Of a stretch of DNA of 51,833 bases, positions 18,200-26,030 are shown in pieces; the stretch's first letter is position 1; each line of letters starts with the position of its first letter. The notes under the pieces were generated by a model, which did not search any database, was not told the origin of the DNA, and worked only from the letters and a program-made list of their open reading frames with translations. The stretch comes from a virus. Taxonomy: Duplodnaviria; Caudoviricetes. Location of the stretch: IMG/VR virus record IMGVR_UViG_3300013285_000003, positions 1 to 51,833 of that record; one strand, 5' to 3'. The position numbers and the translations under genes are program-made.

Positions 18200-18420
18200 T
18201 ACGTTGGCTCCGTATCTTTTTTAGCCCACACAGACGCACCACCCGAGGCTGAGACAATTCCAAGGCTCTCTGCAAGCTCTCTCAAGCTCACAGCGCCGTG
18301 CATGACTACTTGGTAACCTGCCACGCAAAGCACCGCCAAAAGGCTGATTAACCACGCCACACGGGCGATATCAAAAGTCTGGTTGTCTTTGCCAGTGAGC
18401 AGGTGCGTAAAGATGTTCAT
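18199..18420 (-). CDS. Holin candidate
   Basis: 73 aa, two TM segments, charged C-terminus. Confidence 0.65.
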   Translation of the reverse strand: MNIFTHLLTGKDNQTFDIARVAWLISLLAVLCVAGYQVVMHGAVSLRELAESLGIVSASGGASVWAKKDTEPT

Positions 18421-18491
18421 CAGAACTTAGCCATCATGCGCCACAACCAAGCTGTAAACGCTTGCCACTCTGCTTTTAAGTATTCAATCAT
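18420..18491 (-). CDS. 23-aa amphipathic micro-ORF
   Basis: MIEYLKAEWQAFTAWLWRMMAKF; ATGA overlap upstream and TGATG overlap downstream. Confidence 0.5.
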   Translation of the reverse strand: MIEYLKAEWQAFTAWLWRMMAKF

Positions 18492-18745
18492 TTGTCTACC
18501 TTTTGGTCAATTTTGTCGTACAGTTTAACGATCATCTGTTCAACACGATCAAAGCGTTTATCCATCTGGGCTTCAAGCGTTTCCATTTCAGACTTCTTGA
18601 CGTAAGTTTCACTAACGTGCAGGCGCAAGTCGGCAATGTCTGCCTTGAGTTCTTTGACAGAATCCCACAGTTGGCGAGCAAACCAGCCAATAACAGCTAA
18701 AGCAGCGCCACCACCAATATTGATAAGATTCTGCCAGTCCATCAT
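18488..18745 (-). CDS. TM + coiled-coil lysis-cassette protein
   Basis: N-terminal TM, then YVKKSE..RFDRVE..KLYDKID heptads. Confidence 0.7.
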   Translation of the reverse strand: MMDWQNLINIGGGAALAVIGWFARQLWDSVKELKADIADLRLHVSETYVKKSEMETLEAQMDKRFDRVEQMIVKLYDKIDQKVDK

Positions 18746-18873
18746 TCTGCCTCAGATTCTTTAGCTTTTGTTGCTTCTGCTTGGATAGCTGTGATTAAGT
18801 TCACCACTTCAGCGTAGGGCTTGTTACCAAGGTAACCTAAGATTGCGTTAATTAGTTCGATTGAGATATTCAT
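18742..18873 (-). CDS. Small protein (43 aa)
   Basis: MNISIELINAILGYLGNKPYAEVVNLITAIQAEA...; coupled at both ends. Confidence 0.65.
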   Translation of the reverse strand: MNISIELINAILGYLGNKPYAEVVNLITAIQAEATKAKESEAE

Positions 18874-18983
18874 TATTTACCCTTGAAAATTGCAAAAATA
18901 ACCCACGGTATTAACCACACACTACACAGCAGCACTACTGGTAAAAGTAGCACCGCTGCGATAGGTACTAAATACTTATCCAC
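18873..18983 (-). CDS. 36-aa membrane peptide
   Basis: GTG start, MDKYLVPIAAVLLLPVVLLCSVWLIPWVIFAIFKGK, TAATG overlap. Confidence 0.5.
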   Translation of the reverse strand: MDKYLVPIAAVLLLPVVLLCSVWLIPWVIFAIFKGK

Positions 18984-19117
18984 GCTGATCCGTTGTAAAA
19001 CTCCATGAGCGCTGTATCAATATTGAAGCGCATCATCCCCGCCTGTGGTGTCGGACGTTGAGCCGTTGTGCCAGCAGGGTATTGCAAGTAGTCTACGTTT
19101 TGGATTTCAAGAGCCAT
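18968..19117 (-). CDS. 49-aa standalone fibre module (GTTAQRP domain only)
   Basis: MALEIQNVDYLQYPAGTTAQRPTPQAGMMRFNIDTALMEFYNGSAWISI, a paralogue of the N-terminus of 19121-20029. Confidence 0.75.
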   Translation of the reverse strand: MALEIQNVDYLQYPAGTTAQRPTPQAGMMRFNIDTALMEFYNGSAWISI

Positions 19118-19120
19118 GAT

Positions 19121-20029
19121 TTACGCCGTGTAGGAACCTGAAGCGTTGAATTTCAACACAGTATTTGATCCGTTTGTTGTGATGACTGGTGAGCCTGTCG
19201 TTGTACCAGAATAGCGGTTAGTTGGTATTGACAAAATCACTACGCCTGAGCCGCCATTGCCTGCTGGAAATGCAGAGTAAATTCCACCACCACCACCACC
19301 TAAATTTACCGTTCCATTTGTTGCATTTGCGTTATTTCCACCATTTCCGCCGCCACCCGTACCACCTGCACCGCCGCTTGCAATACCTCCACCACCGCCA
19401 CCGCCGCCATAAGTAATTGCCGTACCAGTTATTGAGTTAGAAATTCCTGCGCCACCTGCGTAACCGTTTGAGCCACCGGGGTTTGTTCCGCCTGCTGCAC
19501 CCGCACCACCTCCACCGCCACCGCCACCACTAGCACCTACAACGCTGCCACCAGAATTGCCTTGACCAGATATACCAACGCCTCCCGGTCCGTCTGCGTA
19601 ACCCGCACCACCACCAGAACCGCCGCCTTTCCCTGATGACGCAGCCGAGCTATAAATAGACCCGCCGCCGCCAACCGAATAAACAGACCCAAATAAACTA
19701 TTTGACCCGTTAGCGCTAGGATTCCCTGCGCCTGAACCCCCTGCGCCCACCGTTACTGTGTAAACAGTACCAATTTGTACGGGCGTTGATCCTGATAAAA
19801 CTCCGCCAGCACCGCCGCCGCCTGATGCACCGCCGCCGCCCCCAGAAACAATAAGATAATCAATAGCATAATAAACACCAGTTGCTAACCAAATCGTACC
19901 GTTGTAATACTCAAGCAAGCTAGTTGTTGAGTTAAAGCGTGTCATGCCAGCCGCAGGCGCAGTGGGGCGTTGTGCCGTTGTACCGTTCGGCATCAAAACA
20001 TAATCGGTTCCTGCGACAACTAGAGCCAT
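19121..20029 (-). CDS. Glycine-rich tail fibre / receptor-binding protein
   Basis: GTTAQRP N-module, IDYLIVSGGGGG...GGSGVVIL glycine-rich domain. Confidence 0.8.
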   Translation of the reverse strand: MALVVAGTDYVLMPNGTTAQRPTAPAAGMTRFNSTTSLLEYYNGTIWLATGVYYAIDYLIVSGGGGGASGGGGAGGVLSGSTPVQIGTVYTVTVGAGGSGAGNPSANGSNSLFGSVYSVGGGGSIYSSAASSGKGGGSGGGAGYADGPGGVGISGQGNSGGSVVGASGGGGGGGGAGAAGGTNPGGSNGYAGGAGISNSITGTAITYGGGGGGGGIASGGAGGTGGGGNGGNNANATNGTVNLGGGGGGIYSAFPAGNGGSGVVILSIPTNRYSGTTTGSPVITTNGSNTVLKFNASGSYTA

Positions 20030-20042
20030 GATCTTTCCTTAA

Positions 20043-20393
20043 TTAAGCAACAACCAATTCTTTCCACGAAGTCGTGGCCTCAATCCACTCATACGCTTTA
20101 CCGTCAGCAGGCATAGCTACAGGCGCTTCCCACAAGAACGTCTTTGGGCTAAGTACCCATGATGCGTAAGGCTGAGGTGCGTAGAAAACGTCTGCTACGG
20201 GGTCGTAGTGGTAGCCAATTCCGGCAAAGTTTCCACGAAGAGGTGTGCCCTCTGGATGCTGATTACCGTGTGTGCGGTATGAAGTTTGTAACCATTGACC
20301 CGGTGAAGAGTCAACGAACGTATCAAAGAATTCTGGTTCAGCAACGATGACTGAAACTACTTTACCGTCAACTACTTTTGCAAAATGACCCAT
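20043..20393 (-). CDS. Fibre-associated protein (chaperone-like)
   Basis: MGHFAKV..WLQTSY..LRGNFAGIGY.YD..FYAPQPYASW; usually adjacent to glycine-rich fibres (recall). Confidence 0.7.
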   Translation of the reverse strand: MGHFAKVVDGKVVSVIVAEPEFFDTFVDSSPGQWLQTSYRTHGNQHPEGTPLRGNFAGIGYHYDPVADVFYAPQPYASWVLSPKTFLWEAPVAMPADGKAYEWIEATTSWKELVVA

Positions 20394-20396
20394 TAT

Positions 20397-20576
20397 TTAC
20401 TCCGTATATGAGGCCAATTGAGCCTCTGTTGGTTCTGAATTACTGTTAGTCCACGATTTAATGTAATCACCTTTACCGTTGCTATCGTTTTGCAACAGAA
20501 TTGTTCCAACAAAAGGCGCAAAATCTGATTTATCAAGTGTTGGATATAGCTTCATAATTTTTTCATACAAAGACAC
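20397..20576 (-). CDS. XkdW-like fibre assembly protein
   Basis: GTG start; LYP..DF..ILLQNDSNGKGDYIKSW...PTEAQL. Confidence 0.65.
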   Translation of the reverse strand: MSLYEKIMKLYPTLDKSDFAPFVGTILLQNDSNGKGDYIKSWTNSNSEPTEAQLASYTE

Positions 20577-21181
20577 TATGCACTCCTTGCTAAAAATGCT
20601 TGAAAATATGTATTTAATGCGCCACCAGCAAAGGATGTTGTTCCTGAGCCATTCATATACCCGTAGGCTTCTAAATAGTCTGTTGATCCGTTGCAAAATA
20701 CTAATGCGCTAACAACCGAAGCTAAATTTCCAGTTCCGCTAGTAATAACTATTGACCCTTGTTTAAATTGACCACCATTCTTATATATGTAAACGTTTGT
20801 TTGTTGAGCGTTAATTGTTCCACCAGCTAAAAGCGCAATATTTACTTGATAATACCCAGCAACAGTTGGTGTAAATCTGTAATTTGTCGTATTGTCGTAA
20901 TTTGAATTTGTGTCAAATTCTTTAGTTCCACATTGTATTTTTGTAAACGTTAAAGCACTAACAGATTGATTAGATGCAAGATAAGCACTAAATGCAGGAC
21001 CAGTCCCGCTAAACGTAGATGTTGTAACAAGAATAGATGACCACACACTACCATTCCACGCCTCCAATTGACCAAGCGTAGTGTTCCACCCTAATTGCCC
21101 TGCTAATGGGCTTGATGGTCTACCTGCTGTTGTCCATTGCGCTGGTGCTACGCCAGTCGTACCGCCGATATAACTAGGCAT
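20576..21181 (-). CDS. Tail fibre with C1q/TNF-like head
   Basis: WTTAGRP N-module; PAFSAY..EFDTNSNYD..RFTPTVAGYYQV..YKNG..NGSTDYLE. Confidence 0.75.
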   Translation of the reverse strand: MPSYIGGTTGVAPAQWTTAGRPSSPLAGQLGWNTTLGQLEAWNGSVWSSILVTTSTFSGTGPAFSAYLASNQSVSALTFTKIQCGTKEFDTNSNYDNTTNYRFTPTVAGYYQVNIALLAGGTINAQQTNVYIYKNGGQFKQGSIVITSGTGNLASVVSALVFCNGSTDYLEAYGYMNGSGTTSFAGGALNTYFQAFLARSA

Positions 21182-21182
21182 A

Positions 21183-21404
21183 TTAAGTCCCCGAAGTAGA
21201 AGCCAATAAGTAGTAAGTCACACCGCCAATAACAACGGGAATTTTATTAGTCACCGTGTTGACCACCGAAGCCGAAGCCGCAGCCGAGGCCAAGATAGTT
21301 GCAGTTGCAGCAGGTAGCGTCAGTACGACGTTGCTTGCCGTGTCTACAGCGTTCACCGCAACCGTGCCGCCGCTTGGGGCTTTTAATGAAATTTGACCAG
21401 CCAT
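21183..21404 (-). CDS. Short fibre segment
   Basis: ISLKAPSGGTV..LTLPAATAT, IPVVIGGVTYYL. Confidence 0.65.
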   Translation of the reverse strand: MAGQISLKAPSGGTVAVNAVDTASNVVLTLPAATATILASAAASASVVNTVTNKIPVVIGGVTYYLLASTSGT

Positions 21405-21413
21405 AATTATTCC

Positions 21414-21743
21414 TTAAATAATCGCCCAAACTGAACCAGAGGGAATTGTTACCACAGCACCCGCCGCAATGGCGATTGGGCCAGTGCTCATGGCGTTAAT
21501 CCCAGAAGGTATCGAATAGCTGTTGTTCACCGTCTGACCGTTTTGCACAAAGATCGTGTCGCCACCGCCGCCTGTTGCTCCATTGCCGATTGAGACCACT
21601 GCGCCTGTGCCATCTTTTGTGTAAATGACACGGTCGGCAGTGTTGATAGCAATCTCGCCCGTAAGCATATTGCCAGTCGTCGGCACGTTCGTTGACGTCG
21701 TGCTGTAGTAAGGTCTAATTGGCGTGAACCCACTCTGACTCAT
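21414..21743 (-). CDS. Fibre adaptor (Mtd-N-like N-terminus; C-terminal module shared with the 761-aa fibre)
   Basis: GEIAINTADRVIYTKDG; NSYSIPSGINAMSTGPIAIAAGAVVTIPSGSVWAII. Confidence 0.7.
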   Translation of the reverse strand: MSQSGFTPIRPYYSTTSTNVPTTGNMLTGEIAINTADRVIYTKDGTGAVVSIGNGATGGGGDTIFVQNGQTVNNSYSIPSGINAMSTGPIAIAAGAVVTIPSGSVWAII

Positions 21744-21753
21744 AATTTATCCT

Positions 21754-24039
21754 TTAAACCACAACCCATACGCTGCCTGACGATACGGTGACGACGACAC
21801 CGCTCGCAATCGTCATCGGACCAGCGCTCACAGCGTTATACCCAGTTGCAATTGTGTAACTAGTATTCACCGTGGCATTGTTTACAGTCAAGCCATTGAT
21901 CGAGGTATGCACCTGAGCCTGTAACTCGCCAGTGCTTGGCTTGTACAGCAGGTTTGCGTTACCGGTGTAGATCGTTGAGACCGAGCCTGAAGTTGCAGCA
22001 GCAAACGTCGGATAGAGATTTGAAGCGGTCGCCGTATCGTTAGATAGCGTTACACCACCCGCAGGTGTCACCCAAGTCGGCGCACTTGCACCATTCGATG
22101 TCAGCACCTGACCTGCTGTACCTGCTGCCGTTAAGGCCAGAGCAGATGCCGAGGAGTAAGGCACTGCACCTGCAACCGCCGTCAGGGAGGCGTTTGTGCC
22201 GCCATTCGCTAACGCCAAATTACCCGCTAAAGTCACTGCACCGCTCGTGGCTGTGCTAGGTGTAAAGCCAGTTGTACCAGCGCTAAATGTAGTAACGCCA
22301 GACGCTGGAGCTGGTTGCCAAGAAGGCAAGCCTGCGGTCAAGGTCAAAATGTAGCCGTTCGTGCTTGAAGGCAAGAACGTCGTTGCACCAGCGCCTGACT
22401 GGTAAGGCAAGGAACCTGCGGCACCGCCTGCAAGATTAGTGGACGTACCAACCGCTAGACTTGACTGACTCGCCCAAGTAGGTGAGGCTGCACCCGCAGA
22501 GAGTAAGACCTGACTCGATGTGCCTGCCGCAGAATAAGCATGAGCTGTTCCTGTACCATACCCCACACCACCATTAGTTGGCGTCGCAGAGCTATTTGTA
22601 CCGCCTTGCGCAATTGCGAGCGTACCGCTAGTAACTTGTGAGGCTGAAATTGCAATCGGTGTTGATGCAGCCAGAGTTAACTGACCCTGAGCATTGACCG
22701 TGAAGTTTGCCACGCTCGAGGCTGAGCCATACGACGCAGCAGTCACAGCGGTGTTAGCCACAGCCACAGTGACTGCAGCCGAGCCGTTGTAGCTCGTTCC
22801 TGACAGTCCAGTGCCTATCGTGAGCGCATTAGAGGCTGTTGCCGTGACCGTGGTTGACCCACCGAGGCTAACAGCGCTGCCGTTAATCGTGATGGCAGAG
22901 TTGGTCAACGATGCGTTGGCAATGTTGGTCAACGTGTTGTTTGCACCGCTGATTGTTTTGTTCGTCAGCGCCTGCGTGCCTGTCAACGTAGCAACGACCG
23001 TTGTGTCTATGTCAATTGTGCCAGCCGTGGTGATCGGGCCACCCAACAAGCCAACGCCAGTCGCTACCGAAGTCACGCCCGTCGAGCCTGTGCTCAGTAC
23101 GCTCCAAGCGCCATTTGTGTAGGCTTCAAACTGAGTGAGTGTGGTGTTGTAACGCAGTATGCCGTTCGTCGGAGATGCGGTACGTTGTGCGGTGGTGCCA
23201 ACAGGAACGACCACGCCGCCTGTGCCGGGCAACGTCGGGTTCGCCGCAATTGCCACCGTCGCAATCGATCCGACATTGGTGACGTTGATCTGGCTCGTTG
23301 TACCACTTACTGACGTGACCGCACCGTCGCCGATCCCGAACGTCTGCCACGAGCCTGCGTAGTAGCCCTCAAAACGGGCTGTATCAGTGTTGTATCGAAT
23401 TTGACCAGTGGTAGCCCCACGCTGTGCGGTCGTGCCGTTAGGCAGCGTTATACCAGCGGTGCCGGGGGCGATAAAGTTACTCGCCAAGCTAATTGTTGGC
23501 GTCGATGAGCCGTTGCCGCCTGTTACACCAATCTGATTACCTGTACCCGTTAAGGTGACAGGCGACAGTGTGGTGCCTGAGCCAAGCGCCAACAGACCCG
23601 TGCCAGATGCGTTTGCAATCGCCTGCGCAAGACCAGTCAGTTGAAATGTTGGATTGGCTGCGATCCCATTACCGTCAGTGACCGAGATGCCGTTACCGCT
23701 CGTAGAAAGCGTGCGAGCAGTGATAGTGTTTGCAGCGGTCTTAACAATGACACCGTTGCCAGCAAGCTCTAATGAGTAAGCCGTACCATTGAAAGAAATT
23801 GTGTAAGCGCCCTGAGCGCCGCCGTCGGTGATGCCAAGACCAATACCTGCCGAAAAGTATCGGCTGTTAGGCAAAGTTGTTTGTAAACCAACCGTCAAAA
23901 ATGTTTGCGTTTGACTTGGTGATGCTGAAATTGCAGCCGTAGTCGTTTGAACCGTGACGCCATTTTGCTGAATAGGCACAAGCTCCTGACCAGTGATGGC
24001 GCCTGCGGTCGGTAACTGATTGATTTGGATATTTGCCAT
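21754..24039 (-). CDS. Long tail fibre protein
   Basis: 761 aa T/S/G/A-rich, two GTTAQR modules, LAIAQGGTN and GQVLTSNG repeats. Confidence 0.85.
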   Translation of the reverse strand: MANIQINQLPTAGAITGQELVPIQQNGVTVQTTTAAISASPSQTQTFLTVGLQTTLPNSRYFSAGIGLGITDGGAQGAYTISFNGTAYSLELAGNGVIVKTAANTITARTLSTSGNGISVTDGNGIAANPTFQLTGLAQAIANASGTGLLALGSGTTLSPVTLTGTGNQIGVTGGNGSSTPTISLASNFIAPGTAGITLPNGTTAQRGATTGQIRYNTDTARFEGYYAGSWQTFGIGDGAVTSVSGTTSQINVTNVGSIATVAIAANPTLPGTGGVVVPVGTTAQRTASPTNGILRYNTTLTQFEAYTNGAWSVLSTGSTGVTSVATGVGLLGGPITTAGTIDIDTTVVATLTGTQALTNKTISGANNTLTNIANASLTNSAITINGSAVSLGGSTTVTATASNALTIGTGLSGTSYNGSAAVTVAVANTAVTAASYGSASSVANFTVNAQGQLTLAASTPIAISASQVTSGTLAIAQGGTNSSATPTNGGVGYGTGTAHAYSAAGTSSQVLLSAGAASPTWASQSSLAVGTSTNLAGGAAGSLPYQSGAGATTFLPSSTNGYILTLTAGLPSWQPAPASGVTTFSAGTTGFTPSTATSGAVTLAGNLALANGGTNASLTAVAGAVPYSSASALALTAAGTAGQVLTSNGASAPTWVTPAGGVTLSNDTATASNLYPTFAAATSGSVSTIYTGNANLLYKPSTGELQAQVHTSINGLTVNNATVNTSYTIATGYNAVSAGPMTIASGVVVTVSSGSVWVVV

Positions 24040-24392
24040 TATTCGCTCGGACTGGGGCTTAATGTATCGAGGTTGCCGTTGTTCTCTGGGTTCTGCGTAT
24101 TTTGCGCTGGCGACAAGTCGTAGCTGTTAATACCGCCAGTGACAATTGCGTTAGGCACCACTGCGACGCTGAGGTCAGGCCGAGGAAACCGAAGGTTAAT
24201 CCTTTCGGTTTTTCTAGCCGCTAAACGATATGGATCTCGCTGGTCTTGACAGCCTTGGTCACAGACTCGGAGGCCGGGAAAGTTAAAGTCCGCCATCAAC
24301 ACTGAGAACGCACGCTTCATTTTGCACCGATCGCATACAGCGATTGCAAGTGAGGCCATTCCAGAGGTGTTGAGAAATCTAGGCATGATCAA
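24039..24392 (-). CDS. Cys-rich (Zn-binding) virion-module protein
   Basis: AVCDRC...GLRVCDQGC.D.RDP. Confidence 0.65.
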   Translation of the reverse strand: MIMPRFLNTSGMASLAIAVCDRCKMKRAFSVLMADFNFPGLRVCDQGCQDQRDPYRLAARKTERINLRFPRPDLSVAVVPNAIVTGGINSYDLSPAQNTQNPENNGNLDTLSPSPSE

Positions 24393-25462
24393 CGTGTATA
24401 GACTGAAATGTTAGGCGCAAAGTAAATTGGCGACTTGTCTCGCTCTTCTTGCTCAGCGTCGTACAAGTATTTATCCGCCATCTTCTCAAGGTACGAAATC
24501 CGATCTGGCTGCACGTTAGGCATCTCTAATGCCATCCTATGAGCGAGACCAAACACCACCGCCTCGTACCAGCGTTGTGGGATCTCAAGCTCATTGGTCA
24601 ATGCACCCACGTCATCAATCTGTCTTGAGTACCAGATCACAATCTGCACAAAGGCAGAGGAGGGCGTAGGCCAAACGTAAAACGTAGGTTGAGGAATTGT
24701 GCGGTCAAACCAGTATTGGTACGGCTGGTTTCCCGTAAAGTTCTTGTTTGGCAGGTTGGTGTAGTCATCACGATTTAAACGTGACATCTGAATCTCTCGG
24801 CTGTTGTTGCCAAAGAAAAGCTCACGCAAACCCAAGATTGTGCCGTTGTAGGAGCGGATGCGGTAATAGTTGACGGATTGACCGGGATCAATATCCTGCC
24901 AAACCCACTGGTTATCTTTGACCGTCACCGTGCCTGCGTCATAGAGCGTGTTCCACGTCACCCCATCCACCGAATACTCGTAGAGGTATGACCAGTCCGC
25001 CAAGCCACCGCCAGCAATGTATGGCAAGATACCGATCGAGCCTATGTACTGAGGGTTGTTTGTGCCGTAATTGACCGCAATGTTTCCATTTGACGCAGTC
25101 TGTTGACACCATGTGCTTGTGTTGTCATCGTATACGTTGGCAATCACGCCACCTGCAGACGAGGTGTATGCACCAGTAGGCTGATCCATTGTGCGGTAGA
25201 GCACATTGAGAGCATCTACAGCCCCCTTAGGCAGCGAATAGATGTATTGGTCGGCCTTGGTGCCCAACACGAGCTTGTTGATCGCCCAGTATTGAATGCC
25301 ACGGTTTGCAAGGTTTGACAGCCAGAAGTATAAAGACTCTCGTGCGGATAACAATTGTTCCGAAGTCAGTTCTTCAGCCAACTTACCACAGCGACGAGCA
25401 CCGTGGTCAATAAGCGTTTGGACTGTAATTACGGTCTGACCAAATGTACCCGAATAAGCCAT
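24389..25462 (-). CDS. Head-tail connector/adaptor with inserted beta domain
   Basis: ARESL..LANRGI..W, RDDYTNLPNK..GNQPYQYWFDR, VWPTP, IPQRWYEAVVFGLA. Confidence 0.7.
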   Translation of the reverse strand: MAYSGTFGQTVITVQTLIDHGARRCGKLAEELTSEQLLSARESLYFWLSNLANRGIQYWAINKLVLGTKADQYIYSLPKGAVDALNVLYRTMDQPTGAYTSSAGGVIANVYDDNTSTWCQQTASNGNIAVNYGTNNPQYIGSIGILPYIAGGGLADWSYLYEYSVDGVTWNTLYDAGTVTVKDNQWVWQDIDPGQSVNYYRIRSYNGTILGLRELFFGNNSREIQMSRLNRDDYTNLPNKNFTGNQPYQYWFDRTIPQPTFYVWPTPSSAFVQIVIWYSRQIDDVGALTNELEIPQRWYEAVVFGLAHRMALEMPNVQPDRISYLEKMADKYLYDAEQEERDKSPIYFAPNISVYTR

Positions 25463-25471
25463 GCCAATCCT

Positions 25472-25720
25472 TTACCAGCCAGAACAATTCCATCTTTTCA
25501 TTGAAGCTCGAGCACGACTTCCTTTTTCACTTTTCTCAGCTACAGGAGCCATCCTTGCGCAAAATGAATCCTTGCGTGCGCCCCCTTCAGGCTGGGGTGC
25601 TTTTAGATGACTTCCTGTCTCACGATTATACTTCGCACGACCCTTTTCGGTAAGCCCTGCGCCTCGTTCAACAGAGAACTTTTCACCTCGACCAACCGCT
25701 AAAGATGGGTTTTTTGCCAT
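25472..25720 (-). CDS. Small basic conserved phage protein
   Basis: GLTEKGRAKYNRETGSHLKAP..RKDSFCARM..RWNC. Confidence 0.75.
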   Translation of the reverse strand: MAKNPSLAVGRGEKFSVERGAGLTEKGRAKYNRETGSHLKAPQPEGGARKDSFCARMAPVAEKSEKGSRARASMKRWNCSGW

Positions 25721-25723
25721 AAG

Positions 25724-26026
25724 TCACCAACAAGATTTTTTAGCTGAACCACCGTTTTTCATTTTGGCAGTTTTTGCAGATTGCTTAAAGTCAGCAGCAC
25801 TTGGTGCACCTTTACTTCCTGCCTTACGCATATGTTCACCTGAGCCATGAGCAATCCGCTCTTGCTTAGCATGAATATTTGCGTACAAGCCACCTTCTTT
25901 TAACTTCTTTCCCTCATCGGCTTTGGCAAATTCTTTACCAACTTTTTGAGGAACTCCGCCATACCCACCTTTTGTGTGTGCGGCAATTTCCATTAACTTA
26001 TGTTGTGCAGGTGTTTTGCTTGGCAT
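25724..26026 (-). CDS. Small basic protein: two modules joined at LKEGG, ending MKNGG
   Basis: MPSKTPAQHKLMEIAAH..VGKEFAKAD / GLYANIHAKQERIAHGSGEHMRK. Confidence 0.75.
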   Translation of the reverse strand: MPSKTPAQHKLMEIAAHTKGGYGGVPQKVGKEFAKADEGKKLKEGGLYANIHAKQERIAHGSGEHMRKAGSKGAPSAADFKQSAKTAKMKNGGSAKKSCW

Positions 26027-26030
26027 GATG

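Noticed and set aside
19121-20029. Gly-Gly runs in the glycine-rich fibre as part of the xxxGG signal
   Set aside because: These are poly-Gly structural repeats without the basic/hydrophobic upstream pattern; a known fibre domain type
19121-24039. Diversity-generating retroelement acting on the fibres (Mtd-N-like domain present)
   Set aside because: No reverse transcriptase, and I saw no template/variable repeat pair differing at adenines
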